Source: Octopus bimaculoides (taxonomy: Eukaryota). Taken from it: a DNA stretch of 64,000 nucleotides. The stretch covers positions 105,038,491 through 105,102,490 of the forward strand of contig NC_068987.1 in NCBI RefSeq assembly GCF_001194135.2, written 5' to 3'. Positions 61,545 through 64,000 of the stretch are shown in pieces; the first letter of the stretch is position 1, and every line of letters starts with the position of its first letter. The notes beneath the pieces were generated by a model. That model saw only the letters and a list, made by a program, of their open reading frames with translations, did no database searches and was not told where the DNA came from. The position numbers and the translations under genes are program-made.

Positions 61545-62100
61545 GGCGCAATGGCCCAGTGGTTAAGGCAGCGGACTCGCAGTCATTGGATCGCGGTTTC
61601 GATTCCCAGACCGGGCGTTGTGAGTGTTTATTGAGCAAAAACACCTAAAGCTCCAGAAGGTTCCGGCAAGGGATGGTGGCGAACCCTGCTGTACTCTTTC
61701 ACCACAACTTTCTCTCACTCTTTCTTCCTGTTTCTGTTGTGCCTATAATTCAAAGGGCCAGCCTTGTAACACTGTGTCACGCTGAATATCCCCGAGAACT
61801 ACATTAAGGGTACACGTGTCTGTGGAGTNNNNNNNNNNGGATGGTGGCGAACCCTGCTGTACTCTTTCACCACAACTTTCTCTCACTCTTTCTTCCTGTT
61901 TCTGTTGTGCCTATAATTCAAAGGGCCAGCCTTGTAACACTGTGTCACGCTGAATATCCCCGAGAACTACATTAAGGGTACACGTGTCTGTGGAGTGCTG
62001 TGCCACTTGCACGTAAATTTCACGAGCAGGCTGTTCCATTGATCGGATCAACTGCAACCCTCGACGTCGTAAGCGACGGAGTGCCAACAACAACAACATC
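61545..62100 (+). mobile_element. SINE family D, with an internal duplication across a 10-N gap
   Basis: Head ggaggcgcaatggcccagtggttaag...ggtttcgattccc; (AAC)n tail. Confidence 0.87.
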
Positions 62101-62859
62101 CAACAAAATAATCTGAATGCTAAAGGGTTAACATTAGCGTAAAATAAGGCCCAATGTTTTTGGATGCCTTGCTGCAAACAGTATGTTGAAAGGGTGGGTG
62201 GGAGCAAGGTTGTATTGAAACTTCGTGTGACAAGTGTGGAAGTTGTTTCATGAGTTGAGAGTGAAGTTCCTTTCTAACGTCCACTTATACAATGGATGTA
62301 TGTACGGTTGAATCATATATACTGTAGTGTGAGATGGTAAAGACTATTGACATCTGTGCATGTGATGCTTCATCATCATCATCATCATCATTTAACATCC
62401 GTTTTCCATGCTGGCATGGGTTGGATGGTTCGCCTGGGGACTGGCAAGCCAGGATACCGCACCAGGCTTCAATCTGATCTGGTTGTGTTTCTACAGCTAG
62501 ATGCCCTTCCTAACGCCAGCCACTCTGAGAGTGTAGTGGGTGCTTTTTACATGCCACCAGCACATAAAAAGGCAGTACTGGCATTGGCCATGTTCAGATG
62601 GTACTTTTTACGTGCTACCGGCACAGGAGCCAGTCGGGGTGGAGAGGCTGGTTTATAGTCTACATATACACAGCATATATGAATTAAAGCAAGTGTGCAA
62701 CAGGACCCCACTTTGTGAAATTCCTGTCATGTGTAATTTTGGTTTGGAATGAGTCCCTTCAAATCACTCAAAAGCCTTGTCACTTTGATGAATTAAATAT
62801 TTATTTGATGACTGCATTAATAACATTTGTGCACAGAGTTTGTCAAATAGAGTGTATAT

Positions 62860-63240
62860 TCTTTTATTCATTTCAGTCATCTGACATTGGCCATGCTGCA
62901 GCACTACCTTTTTAGTCAAACAAATTGACTCCAGGACTTATTCTTTGGAAGCCTAGTACTTAGTCTATTGGCCTCTTTTGCTGAACCGCTAAGTTATGGG
63001 GATGTAAAAACACCAACATTGGTTGTCAAGCGATGATAGGGGGACAAACACAGACAGACACACACACACACATATATATATACGATGGGCTTCTTTCAGT
63101 TTCCGTCTACCAAATCCACTCACAAGGCTTTGATTGACCCGAGGCTATAGTAGAAGACACTTGCCCAAGGTGCTACGCAGTGGGACTGAACCCGGAACCA
63201 CGTGGTTGGTGAGCAAGCTACTTATCACACAGCCACTCCT
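62860..63240 (-). mobile_element. SINE family B
   Basis: Colinear with 23535-23930. Confidence 0.85.
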
Positions 63241-63249
63241 ACTTCATTA

Positions 63250-64000
63250 ATGTTAAATGCTATTGAGTGTTTTTAGGAAATTCTTCATTGAAACTTTCTG
63301 TGGCACTTGTGACAGTATTAAGTAGAATAGTTGTGTCTGTGTTTGAAACTGTGTTGATGTAATATAACTATTTTCAAGTGTTTTGGCATTGGGTGAAACG
63401 AGCAACCTATGTTGGGAGTTTTCTGTGGTTAGAATATAGGTTATTCCTTGCCTAGTTTCCATGTATAAGACATGATGTTTGTGATTTGTTGAAGGTTAAT
63501 GTGCGGAAAATCACTGCTAAGAGTTTGAGGTGTCTGATGTTTATGTGGCATGGCGGAATTATTGTTGTTGCTTGATTGTATGGATAGTCTTGTTTGTTGC
63601 GATCCTGATGTGTGTAGTGAGCAGATATTTTAGTATATTTGTGAATACATTTATTTTGTTTATTAGTTTTATACATTGCAGTTCTGATGAATTGTTTTTT
63701 AATGCTGTTACCCTTTTCTTCATGTTTTGTAGATGTTTTGAAATTGACTTGTAGTTCTGCTTGTTTGTTGAGAGAATTAAGTACACGGCTCGCCAGAATA
63801 ATGCTGTATATTTGGGATTCGAGTTGTTGAGTACATGTCTTTTCCACAGGACCATTTTGTGCTGTTGTATGGCAGTCATTCACAGACATCCCAGTTGAGG
63901 CCCTTCAGCACTTTAGCTGCTCTCATCTACAAGAAGATAACTCTGTACAAATGCTGCATCCTGGTAACTACTAAGTTTGTGGCATTTGTTGCATCAGACA
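63250..64000 (-). mobile_element. Probable Penelope-like remnant, upstream part
   Basis: A/C-rich minus strand with a TQCQNT..LYYINTVS motif resembling the start of the PLE GIY-YIG domain; weak. Confidence 0.35.

Noticed and set aside
61545-61620. tRNA-like A and B boxes at SINE heads (also 5820-5899, 23860-23930, 31601-31690)
   Set aside because: Each continues into a shared SINE body and tail, so they are not tRNA genes.
58886-64000. Search for the first CORO7 exons (MNRFK-like start, HAHS-like exon ending in phase 1)
   Set aside because: No convincing exon found by eye; they probably lie beyond the window, or within a gap.

Overview
AT-rich, microsatellite- and SINE-dense eukaryotic DNA; the repeat landscape suggests an octopus genome (inference). 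Two intron-rich genes face each other tail-to-tail. (1) A complete UFM1 gene on + has 5 exons, CDS 4395-11661, 94 aa, with the ATG split AT|G by intron 1 and the mature C-terminal Gly83 followed by an 11-aa tail. (2) A coronin-7 (CORO7/POD-1) gene on - was reconstructed as 23 phase-consistent GT-AG coding exons from 58885 down to the stop at 20885; the roughly 77 N-terminal codons were not found and probably lie beyond the window. It includes an 852-nt exon encoding a repetitive acidic linker. The rest is transposon debris: several tRNA-derived SINE families (some with 12-18 bp TSDs), RTE and CR1 LINE fragments, Penelope-like remnants, a near-full-length dead mariner, and hAT and Tc1/mariner MITEs with intact TSDs. 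Best leads: a tRNA-like gene with a T6 terminator between 57-bp direct repeats; a mariner with all three catalytic Asp codons turned to Asn at CpG sites; a (TA)n-flanked fold-back element family; a PHD finger inside an RTE ORF2; a hammerhead-like core next to a Penelope remnant; and long hairpins close to CORO7 splice sites. No CRISPR array, rRNA or prokaryote-type system is present. Repeat boundaries without a TSD or TIR are approximate, and all alignments were done by eye.
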